Part shown: positions 21,057 to 32,493 of the stretch, piece by piece
Layout: each line of letters opens with the position of its first letter
Position numbering within the stretch: position 1 is the stretch's first letter
DNA from: an uncultured delta proteobacterium
GTDB lineage: Bacteria > Desulfobacterota > BSN033 > UBA1163
Assembly (NCBI GenBank): GCA_963708295.1
Contig: CAVPSJ010000004.1
Coordinates: forward strand, 256,001 to 320,000
Length of the DNA stretch: 64,000 nucleotides
Direction of reading: 5' to 3'
Position numbers and translations under genes: made by a program
Notes under the pieces: generated by a model
Databases searched by the model: none
Told to the model about the DNA's origin: nothing
Seen by the model: the letters and a program-made list of their open reading frames with translations, nothing else

Positions 21057-21137
21057 ACCAGTACATCTTTCGCCCCCCGTTTGATGTACTGGAAGGGATC
21101 AGTTTACGGCCCTCCTCTAACTGATCCCTTTTTTTTT
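21057..21137 (+). ncRNA. Candidate small RNA: two hairpins with C-rich loops ending in a terminator
   Basis: TATACT at 21044; CCAGTACATC-loop-GATGTACTGG; AAGGGATCAGTT-loop-AACTGATCCCTT plus a T-run; no ORF. Confidence 0.45.
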
Positions 21138-21195
21138 CTGCCGACGAGGGAGATGACGCCTGCGGGTCCATTTGAGCCAATCGCGGAGCCAGCCA

Positions 21196-21711
21196 ATGAA
21201 CAGAAAAAGATGGGTCGCCTCGATCGTGGCGTTAAGCCTTTTGGTATCCACCTCGGCCGCGTCGGCGATGGGTGACGACAAGTATAGTCGCCCATCCCTT
21301 AAGGGATTAAGCAAACTCGTCGTCGTGGTGCAAATTGAAAACCCGGTTTCGGACGATTTTAAGCGGGCGGGCCTTACGGAAGAGCGAATTCGAACAGGGA
21401 TTGAGCTTAGGCTTCGGGAAGCAAAAATAGATGTCGTATACAGAGAAGACTTGCCCTCGGATACTCCCATTCTCCATGTGGAGGTGAACGGTTCAAAAAG
21501 AGACGGCAAGACGTTTTCATTTCTCATTGAAGTTGAATTGTGGCAGAAGAGCATTTTGAAACGAGACCCCAAGATCGAAGTGATGGCGGCAACGTGGTCT
21601 ACGGGAGTTTTCGGTTTAGGGTCGGCCTCAAGTATTGCAGACGATATTATGGGATGGATCAACGGAACGATGGACACCTTTGTTAAGGCGTTCTTATCGG
21701 TGAACTCTTAA
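21196..21711 (+). CDS. Secreted hypothetical protein
   Basis: Sec-type signal peptide MNRKRWVASIVALSLLVSTSAASA; GGAG RBS; globular alpha/beta body. Confidence 0.7.
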   Translation: MNRKRWVASIVALSLLVSTSAASAMGDDKYSRPSLKGLSKLVVVVQIENPVSDDFKRAGLTEERIRTGIELRLREAKIDVVYREDLPSDTPILHVEVNGSKRDGKTFSFLIEVELWQKSILKRDPKIEVMAATWSTGVFGLGSASSIADDIMGWINGTMDTFVKAFLSVNS

Positions 21712-21898
21712 GCAAAATTTCTTTGAAAACAATCATCCTTTCATTCTCTCCCCTCGAGGGGTGTTTCATCTTTGCGCGAAGCAGGGCGATTGATGCAGGG
21801 GCAGTGACCGACGCAAATGAATCGAAAATCCTTAAGGAATACATCAATCCCAGGGCAATTACCGATCAAAGACTTGGCAGATGACCGCCTTCTCAGAT

Positions 21899-21985
21899 AA
21901 AAAAGGCCCTGTATATCTTCTCTTGGGGTGGGGTTTTGTTGGTGGGATATAAAAGATATACAGGGCCACAAATAGGTTTAACGTT
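21899..21985 (-). ncRNA. Candidate small RNA: long hairpin with C-rich loop and U-tail, downstream of a TTGACA box
   Basis: Minus strand TTGACA (22014-22019); GGCCCTGTATATCTT...CCCACCAACAAAACCCCACCCC...AAGATATACAGGGCC-TTTTTT. Confidence 0.45.
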
Positions 21986-22199
21986 AACGCAATAAAACAT
22001 AATCCGAAGAATTTGTCAAGAATTTTCTTTTTGTGAAAATCGGAACTCTCCAAACACGAGATATTTCCATTTTATATTCAGCGAGTTATCGTAAGATCCA
22101 AGGTCCACTCATCCGCAGATAACAAGGTGGGTGTATGGAAAAAATATATAGGCGGCTTCCCCAAAGGGTTTTGTTGGGAGAAATGGATCGCCTCACCGA

Positions 22200-22332
22200 A
22201 GAAATCTCTTTCAGCCATTCGTCGATCTTCACTTCCTCCATTTTCATCCCCCTCGGCCAGAGCCGGTCGATATAAATCCTCTTGCCGTCATCGGATGAGG
22301 CTCGATCATATATTCTCTTGATTTTGATCGTC
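22200..22332 (-). pseudogene. Truncated DUF488 (YeaO-like) remnant
   Basis: IKIKRIYD...[14 protein letters not shown]...IDEWLKEIS, after which similarity ends abruptly. Confidence 0.7.
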
Positions 22333-22407
22333 GCGCATTCCTTTCGCGGTTGCGAGAAGTATTTCAACCCCGAAAGAGTGATCCCACCCCAATGCAAAAT
22401 GCTGCTC

Positions 22408-22932
22408 TCAACTTTGCAGCAATAACTTTTTCAGTTCGGCCAACACGGCTCCATAATCCGGCTCGTTCGTTACCTCCTTGACCAGTTCCTTATATTGAAG
22501 GACTCCTTTCCGATCCACCAGGAAGATTGCTCTGGCGAGCAAACGTAACTCTTTGATCAGAACTCCATAGGAGGTTCCAAAGGAGGCATCACGATGGTCT
22601 GACCATGTCTGAAGTCTATCCACGCCGGCGGCCCCGCACCAGCGTTTCTGTGCAAATGGCAAATCCATGCTCAGGGTTAAAATCACCACATTCGGACCCA
22701 AACGGCTGGCCTCTTCATTGAACTTTCTTGTCTGGGTATCGCAGACGGGTGTATCAAGAGATACCACGGAGGAAATAACGCACGCTTTACCGAGATGGGA
22801 TGAGAATTTGACCGGCGAGAGATTATTGTCGATAGCAACAAAATCCGGCGCCGCTCGGCCGACCTTGACCTCGTTGCCAACCAAAGTCAGCGGATTTCCT
22901 TTAAAGGTGATAAGTCCTTTCTGTTCAGCCAT
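22408..22932 (-). CDS. tpx: Thiol peroxidase (atypical 2-Cys peroxiredoxin)
   Basis: [30 protein letters not shown]. Confidence 0.93.
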   Translation of the reverse strand: MAEQKGLITFKGNPLTLVGNEVKVGRAAPDFVAIDNNLSPVKFSSHLGKACVISSVVSLDTPVCDTQTRKFNEEASRLGPNVVILTLSMDLPFAQKRWCGAAGVDRLQTWSDHRDASFGTSYGVLIKELRLLARAIFLVDRKGVLQYKELVKEVTNEPDYGAVLAELKKLLLQS

Positions 22933-23460
22933 GGAAGTCTCCTTTCTTGATTAAACTCTGCGCTCGATGGGATATCCGGCATCGTGGATCTTATCTTCCA
23001 GTAAACACAGCCGGCATCTTTCACTTCCTGATTCCGATGATGATACTTCAAGAATACCGCATTGGAGGGCGACGTGAATGGGGTGGTTTACGTATTTTGG
23101 TGAGAGAAAGACTGTATTTCCCCGAAAGGGCGCTCATCCGGTCAATCTTTCTGATAGAATAAAAGAGAACCGCCTTTCACCTCAAATCAAGCTTATCAAG
23201 CAAAACCTTCTTGGAGGCGATAAGGAAAGAATATTAGGTTGATGATGCTGGAAAAGATTTGGGTCGGTCTTTCTGTGCAGGGGAATAATTCCCTTTCCGT
23301 TGAATCGAATATGTGATAGATAAAGGAGTACGTCAAACACCAACAGATCAACGACCCAATGATTCACCGTGCTTTGATATAAACAGGCAAGCTTAACATC
23401 GCATCGGAAAGGAGAAAACCTGCAATCCCCACCCAGGAGATAGCCGGAGGCGGAGCAAGG

Positions 23461-24437
23461 ATGAAAAAGATTTGTATTGAGGAACATTGGCATAACCCCG
23501 AGATAGAGGAGATGCGCAATCAATGGAGGGAAAGGACAAAAGTTCCCCTGTCGAACGACCCCAAGGCGACTCCCCAGGTGCTCCCCCGCATAGGAGATTT
23601 TGAAAAATTTCGTCTCCCTCTGATGGATGAGTACGGCATCACCCTGCAAGTGCTTGCAAGCAATTCTCCGGGGATCCAGGCAGCCGAGGATGCGGCGACC
23701 GCGGTGGGCGCGGCAAAAAGGTTCAATGATGCTCAGGCGGAAATCATTCGCAGGTATGCCGGTCGCTTTGCGGGGTGGGCCTCGCTGCCGACGCAAGACC
23801 CCAAGGCTGCGGCCGATGAACTCGAAAGGACGGTCACCCAACTGGGATTCAAAGGAGCCATGATCCATGGGCACACTCATTGGGAGTATCTCGATGAGAA
23901 GAAGTTCTGGGTGATTTGGGAGCGCGCTGAAGCCCTTGCGGTCCCAATCTACCTCCACGTCGCCGAGCCCGCTCTCGAGGGAAGAAAAATCTATGAAGGG
24001 CATTCTGAGCTGATGGGACCTGCCTGGAGCTGGGTCGTCGAGACTGCCACTCACGCCTTGCGAATCGTCGGAGGAGGAGTCTTCGACGCTTTCCCCAAGG
24101 CCAGCCTCGTTCTTGGGCATCTGGGAGAAACACTTCCTTTCCTCCTTGGCCGTTTGGACGAAGGGTATGCGATGTCCTTTAAGCCAAGAAAGCTGAACAA
24201 GAAAGCTTTCTGAATATGTTAAAGAAAATATTTATGTCACGACCAGCGGCCGATATGAGCCGGAAGCTTTGATCTGTACTGTTAACGCGATCGGGATCGA
24301 TCGTGTTCTCTTTGCAGCCGATTACCCCTATGCTGGGATGAAGGGAGGCAGTGGAAGATGTTGAAAGGACACCTATCAGCGACTCGGACAAGGAAAAAAT
24401 CTATCACCTCAACGTGGAGCGCTTGTTGCGATTATGA
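23461..24437 (+). CDS. Amidohydrolase_2 family metal-dependent decarboxylase (dihydroxybenzoate/gamma-resorcylate decarboxylase-like), frameshifted near 24205 and 24340
   Basis: IEEHW, LPTQDP, PIYLH, GGVFDAFP...LGHLGE; continuation YVTTSG...DRVLFAADYPY...KEKIYHLN in another frame. Confidence 0.82.
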
Positions 24438-24786
24438 GTCACCGGTGACTCCATTCACCTTCCCGTCGGAATGGCGGTATCGTGTAGGATGACGAGTTTG
24501 AATACGAGAATTGTTATTATTGGCTTGCTAACGAGGCCCGAGGCCCTGTCCGGGCTTCCCTCCATCCCAAGAGTAAAGCTTCTTCCTAAGCTCACCGACG
24601 CATGGTTTGACAGAGTACCCCTATCTTTTTTCTTCTTGACATGCAATTCTCTTTCCGTTAGGTTCAACTCGTCCCAAAGCGAATTCTTAGTGCGCCACGC
24701 GAAGCTGGAACGGGTACGGAGAAGCGACCGGATACAAACAGATGATGATGAGAGTATGAACAGAATCACGTAAACGGAGGAAAGAG

Positions 24787-25840
24787 ATGAAGCGTACGAA
24801 GAGTAAAAGGTTATCGGCAAAGGTAGGATGGATCCTGATTGTTTTGATCGCACTTGCCCTGACAACATCCTGGGTGTGGGCTCAACCTTCAACAAAAGGT
24901 GAACCGGTCAAATCTTACAAGCTTACGTGGATTTCAGCTTTTCCCAAGACGCATTCGGTCACCGTAGGTTTTCAGAAGGGGTTCGTCGAAAAGGTGACTG
25001 AACTCTCCCAAGGCAGGTTGGTTTTCGACCATAAGGGGGGTCCCGAAACCATTCCTTTTCCCGATACGGGCAAGGCGATACAGAACAAAGTAGTCGATAT
25101 GGGTTTCAGCGCGGTCGGTAATTATGAACAAATGGCGCCCGGAGTTGGAGGGGCAATTCTAAGAGAGATCTCCTTTGAAGAAGAACGCAAACCCGGCGGG
25201 GCGTATGACTATCTGGTTGAGTCTCTGCATTCCGGGCGGCCTCCGTTATCTCGGAAGGGGCCTTCCCTGTAACGATCTATCCTTCTTTTCAATCTTCTCG
25301 AACAAGAAGATTGAAAAGATCGAAGATTTCAAAGGGTATCGAATGGGAACCACAACTTCGACGAGCCTGGCCGTCACCGCATGGGGGGCGACAGCCATTA
25401 ACCTGAGCGGACCATCGGATTACTATACGTCTATGGAACGCGGCACGACGGATGGTGTCTGCAGCACAACCGCAGAGCAGATTGTCGCATCAGGAACCTA
25501 CCAGGTCATCAAATTCGCGCCCCAGCCAGGGTTCTTTGATGGTTCTCTATCGGTCTTAATGAATTTGAAAGTTTGGAACAGCCTTCCCTCGGACCTGCAG
25601 CAGATCATCATTCAGGCCATGGCCCGATATGAAAAGTACAGTGCGGATCTTCACCAAAGCGTGATCGAAAAAGCCTACAAGAAAATGAGCGATAGCGGAG
25701 TGCAGGTCTACACGTTCTCGCCTGAGATGGGAAAGTGGCTCCGGGACAAGGCCTATGACGCCACCTGGGCGGATCAACTCAAGAGATTTCCCAATCAGGC
25801 CCCGAGATTGAGGGCCTTGCTGTCACCCGCTCGAAAATAG
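24787..25840 (+). CDS. dctP: TRAP transporter substrate-binding protein, frameshifted near 25230
   Basis: Signal peptide; GGPETIP, EDFKGYRM, WGAT, Y..MERGTTDG, MNLKVWNSLP. Confidence 0.85.
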
Positions 25841-25893
25841 GCATTTCCACGGACTCTCAGCTTTAATCGTTGGGAGGGCGGAAGAGGAAAGTT

Positions 25894-26430
25894 GTGAAAC
25901 TCATTGTAGGGTTTGACCGCGTATTTCATCGGCTCAATATGGTCCTGTTCTATTCTGCCGCGGTGCTTCTCGGGGCACTGGTTTTTATGGTGGGAGCCGA
26001 CATCGTTCTCCGTGGCCTGTTCAACAGCCCTCTCGGATGGGTAAAAGAAATCAGCGAGTATATCATTCTTTCTTTGCCCTTCCTGCTTGCTTCATGGATC
26101 CTGGAAACGGAAGGCCATATCAAGATGGACCTCCTGATCGATCAGCTCAGCCCGAGGGCACAAAGCGGGGTCAATGCGATCACCTATACGATCGGCGCCA
26201 TCGTCGTCTTGGTTCTCTGTTCATTCAGTCTGAGGGTCACTCTGGAGTTCTATCGGACCCAATACTTCACGGCAACCTTATTGAGACTCCCAAAATTCAT
26301 ATTCACGGCTATCATTTTCCTGGGCTTCTCGATGCTTTTCATTCAACTGATAAGAAAGATTATCGGTTTTGTCGACCGCTGGAAAAAGCTTGGGAAACAG
26401 AAAACGAATACGCGAAGCGCGGGAGATTAG
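25894..26430 (+). CDS. dctQ: TRAP transporter small permease
   Basis: Four TM segments; DIVLR..FNSP..W..EISEY and GHIKMDLL. Confidence 0.88.
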   Translation: MKLIVGFDRVFHRLNMVLFYSAAVLLGALVFMVGADIVLRGLFNSPLGWVKEISEYIILSLPFLLASWILETEGHIKMDLLIDQLSPRAQSGVNAITYTIGAIVVLVLCSFSLRVTLEFYRTQYFTATLLRLPKFIFTAIIFLGFSMLFIQLIRKIIGFVDRWKKLGKQKTNTRSAGD

Positions 26431-26444
26431 AGGAAAAAAGAAGC

Positions 26445-27752
26445 ATGGATTGGCAAATCGCACTCGCATTCATCATCGGCAGTTTGGTTGTGCTCATGCT
26501 GACAGGCATGCCGATTGCCCTCTGCTTCCTTTTCATCAATGTCGCCGGAGCCATTGTCCTTTTCGGGTGGCCCGGCGGCCTTGACCAGACGATCGTGAGC
26601 ATCTATAGCTCTCTCGCGACTTTTACGATCGCGCCGATTCCATTGTTTATCGTCATGGGTGAGCTGATGTTTCATTCCGGTCTCGGGGGAAACGTCGTCG
26701 CCACCGTGGATCAATGGCTTGGCCGCCTACCGGGCAGGCAGAGCTTGCTGGCCGTCGGAGCAGGCGTGCTCCTGGCAACCCTGACGGGCGCCAGTGTTGC
26801 CAGCGTCTCAATCCTTTCCTCCACACTTTTGCCGGAAATGGAGAAACAGGGCTACCATAAATCGATGATCTTCGGCCCGATTCTGAGTGCCGGCAGTCTG
26901 GCTGTCCTCATTCCCCCCAGTATCACGGCTGTCCTCCTGGCTTCCATCAGTGAGTTGTCCGTGGGCAGGATTTTGCTGGCCATCATCGGCCCCGGGTTGT
27001 TGCTGGCTTTGCTTTATGCCGTTTACATCGTGACCCGGTGTGCCATTAATCCTTCTCTTGCCCCGGCTCAGGCGCCACCCCAAATCCCTCTGGGACAGAA
27101 GCTTTCAAATTTGGCAAGTAATGTTTTTCCCGTCGCCATCATTATCTTCTCCGTCATCGGATTGATGCTGCTGGGCATTGCCACACCGGAGGAATCAGCC
27201 GCCTGCGGCGCGATTGCGACCCTCGCTGTGGCTGCCGCCAAGAGACGCCTGAACTTACTCGTGATCCGAAAAACCATCTTCGGCACGCTCAGAATCACGG
27301 GCATCATCTTTCTGATTATGGCGGGAGCAAAGGGGTTCAGCCAGGTGCTCGCCTTCACCGGCGCCACAGAAGCCATGGCCGAGGGGGTTTTGAAGCTACC
27401 GGTGCATCCCCTGGTCATCATGGCCATCATGCAGGCGGTCATGATCTTTCTGGGCTGTTTCATGGATACGATGGCAATTATTCTCATCACCATGCCTACG
27501 TTCATTCCTGCGATCGTGGCGTTGGGATTCGACCCCATCTGGTTTGGAGCCATTGCCGTGGTCAATTTGGAGTTAGGAATGATCACGCCGCCTTTCGGGA
27601 TCGTCTTGTACGCGATGAAGGCAGTCGCCCCGGATCATTACACGATGAGCGACATTATCAAATCTGTTCTGCCTTTCATGGTCCTGCAATTCGTGGCCAT
27701 AGGATTGTGCATTCTCTTCCCGCCTATTGTCCTATGGATACCGGGGAAATAA
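26445..27752 (+). CDS. dctM: TRAP transporter large permease
   Basis: APIPLFIVMGE, LIPPS, GIATPEESAA, GMITPPFG; real start MDWQ at 26445. Confidence 0.92.
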   Translation: MDWQIALAFIIGSLVVLMLTGMPIALCFLFINVAGAIVLFGWPGGLDQTIVSIYSSLATFTIAPIPLFIVMGELMFHSGLGGNVVATVDQWLGRLPGRQSLLAVGAGVLLATLTGASVASVSILSSTLLPEMEKQGYHKSMIFGPILSAGSLAVLIPPSITAVLLASISELSVGRILLAIIGPGLLLALLYAVYIVTRCAINPSLAPAQAPPQIPLGQKLSNLASNVFPVAIIIFSVIGLMLLGIATPEESAACGAIATLAVAAAKRRLNLLVIRKTIFGTLRITGIIFLIMAGAKGFSQVLAFTGATEAMAEGVLKLPVHPLVIMAIMQAVMIFLGCFMDTMAIILITMPTFIPAIVALGFDPIWFGAIAVVNLELGMITPPFGIVLYAMKAVAPDHYTMSDIIKSVLPFMVLQFVAIGLCILFPPIVLWIPGK

Positions 27753-27798
27753 CGTCGGACCAGAAAAACACGGTCTGGAAGCGTTGCGACCCGTTGTG

Positions 27799-27868
27799 GT
27801 CATCCTAGACCCGGGTCAGCATCTCGTTTTATCCTCGGGTTAAGCCGTTCAAGCGGGTTCAGGATGAA
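27799..27868. repeat. REP-like palindrome between convergent genes
   Basis: GTCATCCTAGACCCG...CGGGTTCAGGATGA. Confidence 0.5.
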
Positions 27869-27896
27869 ACGTCGGAGGATTTCGAAAGACTTCTGG

Positions 27897-29596
27897 TTAA
27901 GGTTTGATTCTATATTTCTCTATAGGGACGGGTTCGGTGGAAAGCACCATCTTTCCTTCCTTCCGTTTAATGATGATCCATTTAAGCCAACTTGCGGTCG
28001 TCACGATCTGGATAATCCTCTCGGAAGTGTGATCCTCTGCTTTCTGTTCTCATCAAAGCCGCCCGGAAGCGTCATCTCGGCACACAATGCCATGCTCTTT
28101 GCCTCATGGCACTTCCCCAAACCGTGGCCGTCTTTTGCATGCAGTTCAGACAACCGCTGTTGTACCTCTTCAATCTTGGATATGGCTTCCTCCAGCCGGT
28201 CTTTGCTCCTCCGGAGATTATATTTCACCTTGCATACAACGTCTTGAATTAAGTAGATGGCATCGTCAGGAGAAAGTCCTTTGTCGCGCTCCATAGGCGC
28301 GAATATTCCCTCCTTAAATCGTTGTATTTCTTCATAATCGATTTTGGGCGAAGCTGCCTCCGCCGCAAAACGCGCTGCGGGTGGTCCTCCTCTGAGGGAG
28401 GTGAATAAAGTATTCATCACTCCCGAGCCTCTCAATCTCCCGGGAGGCGCGGGGACTGCCCCTGCCCAGGCTGAGCCTTGGTAGCAGATATCCCCGATGG
28501 CCCACAAGCCGCCAAGGCTGGTTTTCATCTCATGGTCTACTTTTACAGGCGAGAGTTCAGCATTGAGAGCCGCTGTCACCTCCACTCTTGGAGAAGGAGA
28601 CGGCCCGTACTTAAGTTGTTTAGACGCCTGGAGTTGCCAAAAATCAAGGACTTTCGGCATCCCCCACCGACCGGCGAAGAAGGGTGGCGGCTTTGTAGGA
28701 TCCCACTGGGTCTTTGACGGGTCCAGATAGATTGGCCCCCTGCCTTCCTTCACTTCTTTTTCCATACCTAAAATGACAGAGATCGGAGTGTCAGGTTCTT
28801 GTCTGGTCACATATCGCTCGGATAGATTCTCACCCAATGCATTGAACAGAAAAGAGTAGGCTCCACTCGGCGTTGGAAAGTCAATATCCTTTCTATCCAC
28901 GTCGAAAAAATTGCCAAACTCTGCATTCCTCATCTCGGCCCCTGCTCGATAGGCCGCTGCAATGCCGTCTCCGCAGCCGGAAGCCCACAACCTCTTCACA
29001 CGGTAATTGCATCCCCCGTTCGCCAAGATCGTTGCTTTGGCCTTGAAGATGTAGAACCGACCATCGATCACATTAAACCCAACTGCCCCCACGACCCGAT
29101 CGCCTTGTTTCAGGAGTTCGACCACCTGCACTTTATTCAGTATCCTTGCTCCCAGTTCTCGCGCCCTGGTTCGCAATGGAAACAGCATGTCTCGGTCAAC
29201 CCCGGTCCCAGACCATAAGCCGGCCGGATGTCTAACGGTTTGGAGCTTTCCCTCTGCATCCTGAGGAAGCTTGACTCCCCACTCCATCAGCTGCTTAATT
29301 GCCCCGAACGATTCGCGGGCATAGGAATATAACAGTTCCTGGTCGTTGAGATAACACCCTATATTTCTTACGTGATATTCGGCAAACCGATCTACATCGT
29401 CATCCGGCAGCATGACCCAAAGTCCTCCTCCTACTTTTGGCGCTTTTCCTGACCACCCGATGGTCTGCTTGTCCACCAAAAGAACATCTACCGAATACTC
29501 TTTCGCCTTGATGGCTGCCACAAGGCCAGCCAAACCACCTCCGATGATAAGCAGGTCTGTCGAGACAACCTCCCCTAAATTCTCGATATTAGCCAT
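27897..29596 (-). CDS. FAD-dependent oxidoreductase of the SdhA/FrdA/AprA superfamily, C-terminal frameshifts
   Basis: IIGGGLAG, KAKATILANGG, GDGIAAAYRAGAEM, GLWAIGD; RTESRGSHFREDYP and WLKWII in shifted frames. Confidence 0.85.
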
Positions 29597-29632
29597 TTGA
29601 TGATCCCCTCTTCTGAAGAATCCTTGAGCACA

Positions 29633-29858
29633 TTAGTAAGGGGCGGGGATGCGCCTGGGCCCGGTAGGGTTTCACTTCGATACACTGAACGGGACAGGCC
29701 ATTTCACACGCATAGCACCAAACACAATCTTCCGGATAGGCAGGGATGGGCTTTTCTTCTCGGGGATCCCAGCGAAACACGTCAACAAAACAAGCGTCCA
29801 CACATCTCTGACAGCTTGTACACACGTCATGATCAATTTCGATCTTCACACTGTTCAT
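29633..29858 (-). CDS. 2x[4Fe-4S] ferredoxin (AprB-like partner), probable frameshift near the 3' end
   Basis: CTSCQRCVDAC and CVWCYACEMACP; GGAGGA RBS. Confidence 0.88.
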
Positions 29859-30034
29859 CCGCACTCCTCCTCTCTCCATACCGTTACTCTCGGACGAAGT
29901 CCTGGCGCTCATTCATTGCACTTAACCCAGAATGGGAAGAAGTTTCAAGCGTTTTTGAGCTCCATAACGAAGTGCTGGATGAATCATCGGATCGAGTCCG
30001 TCTTGTTAAGGTTTTACAAGGCGCACATTTTTTA

Positions 30035-30098
30035 TTGACAAGAGATTCCTGTTTCTGATATTCTTGCATTACGATACTTATTCTCATAATATGATAAT
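30035..30098 (+). promoter_or_regulatory. Divergent promoter region with an imperfect palindrome, candidate IclR operator
   Basis: TTGACA at 30035; ATTCTCAT-AAT-ATGATAAT just before the iclR ATG. Confidence 0.4.
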
Positions 30099-30101
30099 TG
30101 A

Positions 30102-30905
30102 ATGGAAAAGCAAAAGCTGAATTCAAATGCGGTGGAAAAGGCGCTTCGCATCCTGATGGCCTTCTGTCCGCGAAATTCAGAAATGGGAACGGTTGATCTC
30201 AGCCGAAAAACAGGTTTTCATATCGCCACGGTCAACCGAATCCTCCAGATCCTCGCCCGGAACCGGTTTCTTTCTCAAAATCCTTTAACAAGAAAGTTCA
30301 ACCTGGGGCCATCGGTGTTTGACCTTGGAGAAGCGGCGATTGAATCTCTCAGCGACAACCTTCTGCATAAGGTCCTGCCTTACCTTAACGAGCTTTGTGA
30401 AAGAGTGAGAGAAACCGTTGTATTAGAATTGATTTCAGGCCCGAGCAGTATCGTCGCCTACGTCGCCCAGGGAAAGCAGACCCTGGGGATCCGGGCCAAT
30501 ATCGGCGGTCGATTGCCAACGCATGCCGCCGCAGGCGCGAAGGCGATCATCGCTTTCTCCTCACAAGAGATGAGAGAGGGCTTCCTGAGTAAAAGCCTGC
30601 GTCGCTTCACGGACAACACGATTACCGATCCCGCGGAACTGAGACGGCACCTCGAAAAGATAAGAAAGCAGGGAATCTCGTTCTGTGAGGAAGAGATTGA
30701 TATTGGAGTGAATGCCATTGGTGTGCCTATATTCAACCACAAGAACAAGCCTGAGGCAGCCATTGTTGTGGTAGGCCCTTCCACGAGGGTCAAATGCAAT
30801 GTCAAATCACCGATGGTGGCTGAATTACGAAAGACGGCGTCCATGATTGCTGGACAACTGTTTCACCAACAATCCACGGACAAAAAAGCAATCCTGGACC
30901 TGTAA
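30102..30905 (+). CDS. IclR-family transcriptional regulator
   Basis: AVEKALRIL HTH; G.RLP.HAAAGAKA; GVNAIGVPIF. Confidence 0.92.
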   Translation: MEKQKLNSNAVEKALRILMAFCPRNSEMGTVDLSRKTGFHIATVNRILQILARNRFLSQNPLTRKFNLGPSVFDLGEAAIESLSDNLLHKVLPYLNELCERVRETVVLELISGPSSIVAYVAQGKQTLGIRANIGGRLPTHAAAGAKAIIAFSSQEMREGFLSKSLRRFTDNTITDPAELRRHLEKIRKQGISFCEEEIDIGVNAIGVPIFNHKNKPEAAIVVVGPSTRVKCNVKSPMVAELRKTASMIAGQLFHQQSTDKKAILDL

Positions 30906-30948
30906 ACTCCTGAGGAAGGTTTCTTTTCGAAAAAGGAGATGCCCTGGA

Positions 30949-32493
30949 ATGACGACCAGCCAATGTATGACCACAAAGGATCTGCTTCTACGATCCGTCA
31001 GAAGATATCCTCAGAAAACCGCGGTGATCGACGGAACCTACAAGTATTCCTATTCTGAACTCAATCATGAATGTAACAGGCTTGCAAACAGTTTGTCAGA
31101 ACGGAATATCAAGAAAGGCGATCGAGTCGCCCTGTTGACAAAAAACCGTAAAGAATTCGTTATTTCTTATTTCGCTTTGTCTAAAATCGGGGCAGTCTTG
31201 GTTCCTCTCAATCATCGATGCGTGGCAAGAGAATTGGAGTACATGCTTTCTGATTGTGATGCGAAGGCCCTGATTTTCGAAGCGGAGTTCAGAGAGACCG
31301 TTGCACGACTCAAGAATCCTTTACCCGGACTCCAGACATACATTTCCGTGGGGAAACACGGGTTACCCTTTGGAGAAGAATTCGATGAGGTCCTATCGTC
31401 GGCAATGCCGGCAGAACCCGACGTTGAATGTCTTGAAGACGAAGAATGCACGATCCTTTACACCAGCGGGACAACGGGAAAGCCCAAGGGTGCAGTCATC
31501 ACGCATCGCGCCCGGGTGTGGGCCACTGTGAACGTGATGTCTGACGGATCCGTCGAGACAGAGGGCATCGCTCTGGAGGGAGGCCCTCTCTTCCACACGG
31601 GGACGACGAATATTTCCCTTCTGCCCCATCTCGCAGCGGGAGCAACCATCGTTGTTATTCCCCAGCTCGATCCGATCAGTATCGCAGAGGCGATCCAGAA
31701 AGAAAAAGTGACTCATCTCTGCACCGTTCCAACCATTCTTCATACGATGCTGGAAAAGGGAATTTTCGATCGATACGATCTTTCTTCACTGCGAAACGTC
31801 TATTACGGGGCATCTACCATTCCCCTGAAGGACTTGGAGAAAATCCTGTCGAAATTGCCGACGGTGAAATTTTTCCAGGGCTACGGCCAAACAGAGTCAA
31901 CCCAACTGACCGTACTGAGGCCTGAATATACTCGGAGCAAATTCGGGTGTACCGGAAGAGCTCATATGCTGGTCGATTTGAGGGTGGTCGATGAAAAAGA
32001 CGAGGATGTTCAGCCGGGAGAAACAGGTGAAGTGATCACCCGGGGGCCTCATGTGATGAAGGGGTATCTGAACCTTCCCGAAGCCAATGAGGAGTCCTTC
32101 AGGAACGGGTGGTTTCATACGACAGATGTCGCGAGAATCGATGAAGAGGGGTTTATTACCATTGTCGGTCGAAAGAAAGATATGATCATCAGCGGCGGCG
32201 AAAACATTTATCCCCGGGAGATCGAATTGGTCCTCAATAGCCACCCCAAGATACTGGAGGCCGCCGTCTTCGGAATTCCCCACCCCAAATGGGTCGAATC
32301 GGTCAGCGCCGCCGTTATTCTGAAAAAGGGTGAGACGCTCACCGAAGAGGAAGTGATCGACTACTGCAAGGAAAATCTCGCCAGTTACAAAAAGCCGACA
32401 AAAGTTATCTTCTGTGAATCCTTCCCAAGAAACGATACAGGTAAAATTGTAAAGGAGAAGTTGAAAGAGATGGCTCTTTCAAGGAATGGTTGA
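30949..32493 (+). CDS. Acyl-CoA synthetase / AMP-dependent CoA ligase
   Basis: YTSGTTGKPKG, GYGQTE, GRKKDMIISGGENIYP, PRNDTGKI. Confidence 0.93.
   Translation: MTTSQCMTTKDLLLRSVRRYPQKTAVIDGTYKYSYSELNHECNRLANSLSERNIKKGDRVALLTKNRKEFVISYFALSKIGAVLVPLNHRCVARELEYMLSDCDAKALIFEAEFRETVARLKNPLPGLQTYISVGKHGLPFGEEFDEVLSSAMPAEPDVECLEDEECTILYTSGTTGKPKGAVITHRARVWATVNVMSDGSVETEGIALEGGPLFHTGTTNISLLPHLAAGATIVVIPQLDPISIAEAIQKEKVTHLCTVPTILHTMLEKGIFDRYDLSSLRNVYYGASTIPLKDLEKILSKLPTVKFFQGYGQTESTQLTVLRPEYTRSKFGCTGRAHMLVDLRVVDEKDEDVQPGETGEVITRGPHVMKGYLNLPEANEESFRNGWFHTTDVARIDEEGFITIVGRKKDMIISGGENIYPREIELVLNSHPKILEAAVFGIPHPKWVESVSAAVILKKGETLTEEEVIDYCKENLASYKKPTKVIFCESFPRNDTGKIVKEKLKEMALSRNG

Noticed and set aside
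22951-23090. Short Cys-containing minus-strand frame upstream of tpx
   Set aside because: No clear start, RBS or recognisable family.
26037-26444. N-terminal extension of DctM in the ORF track
   Set aside because: It overlaps dctQ out of frame; the RBS and family start point to 26445.
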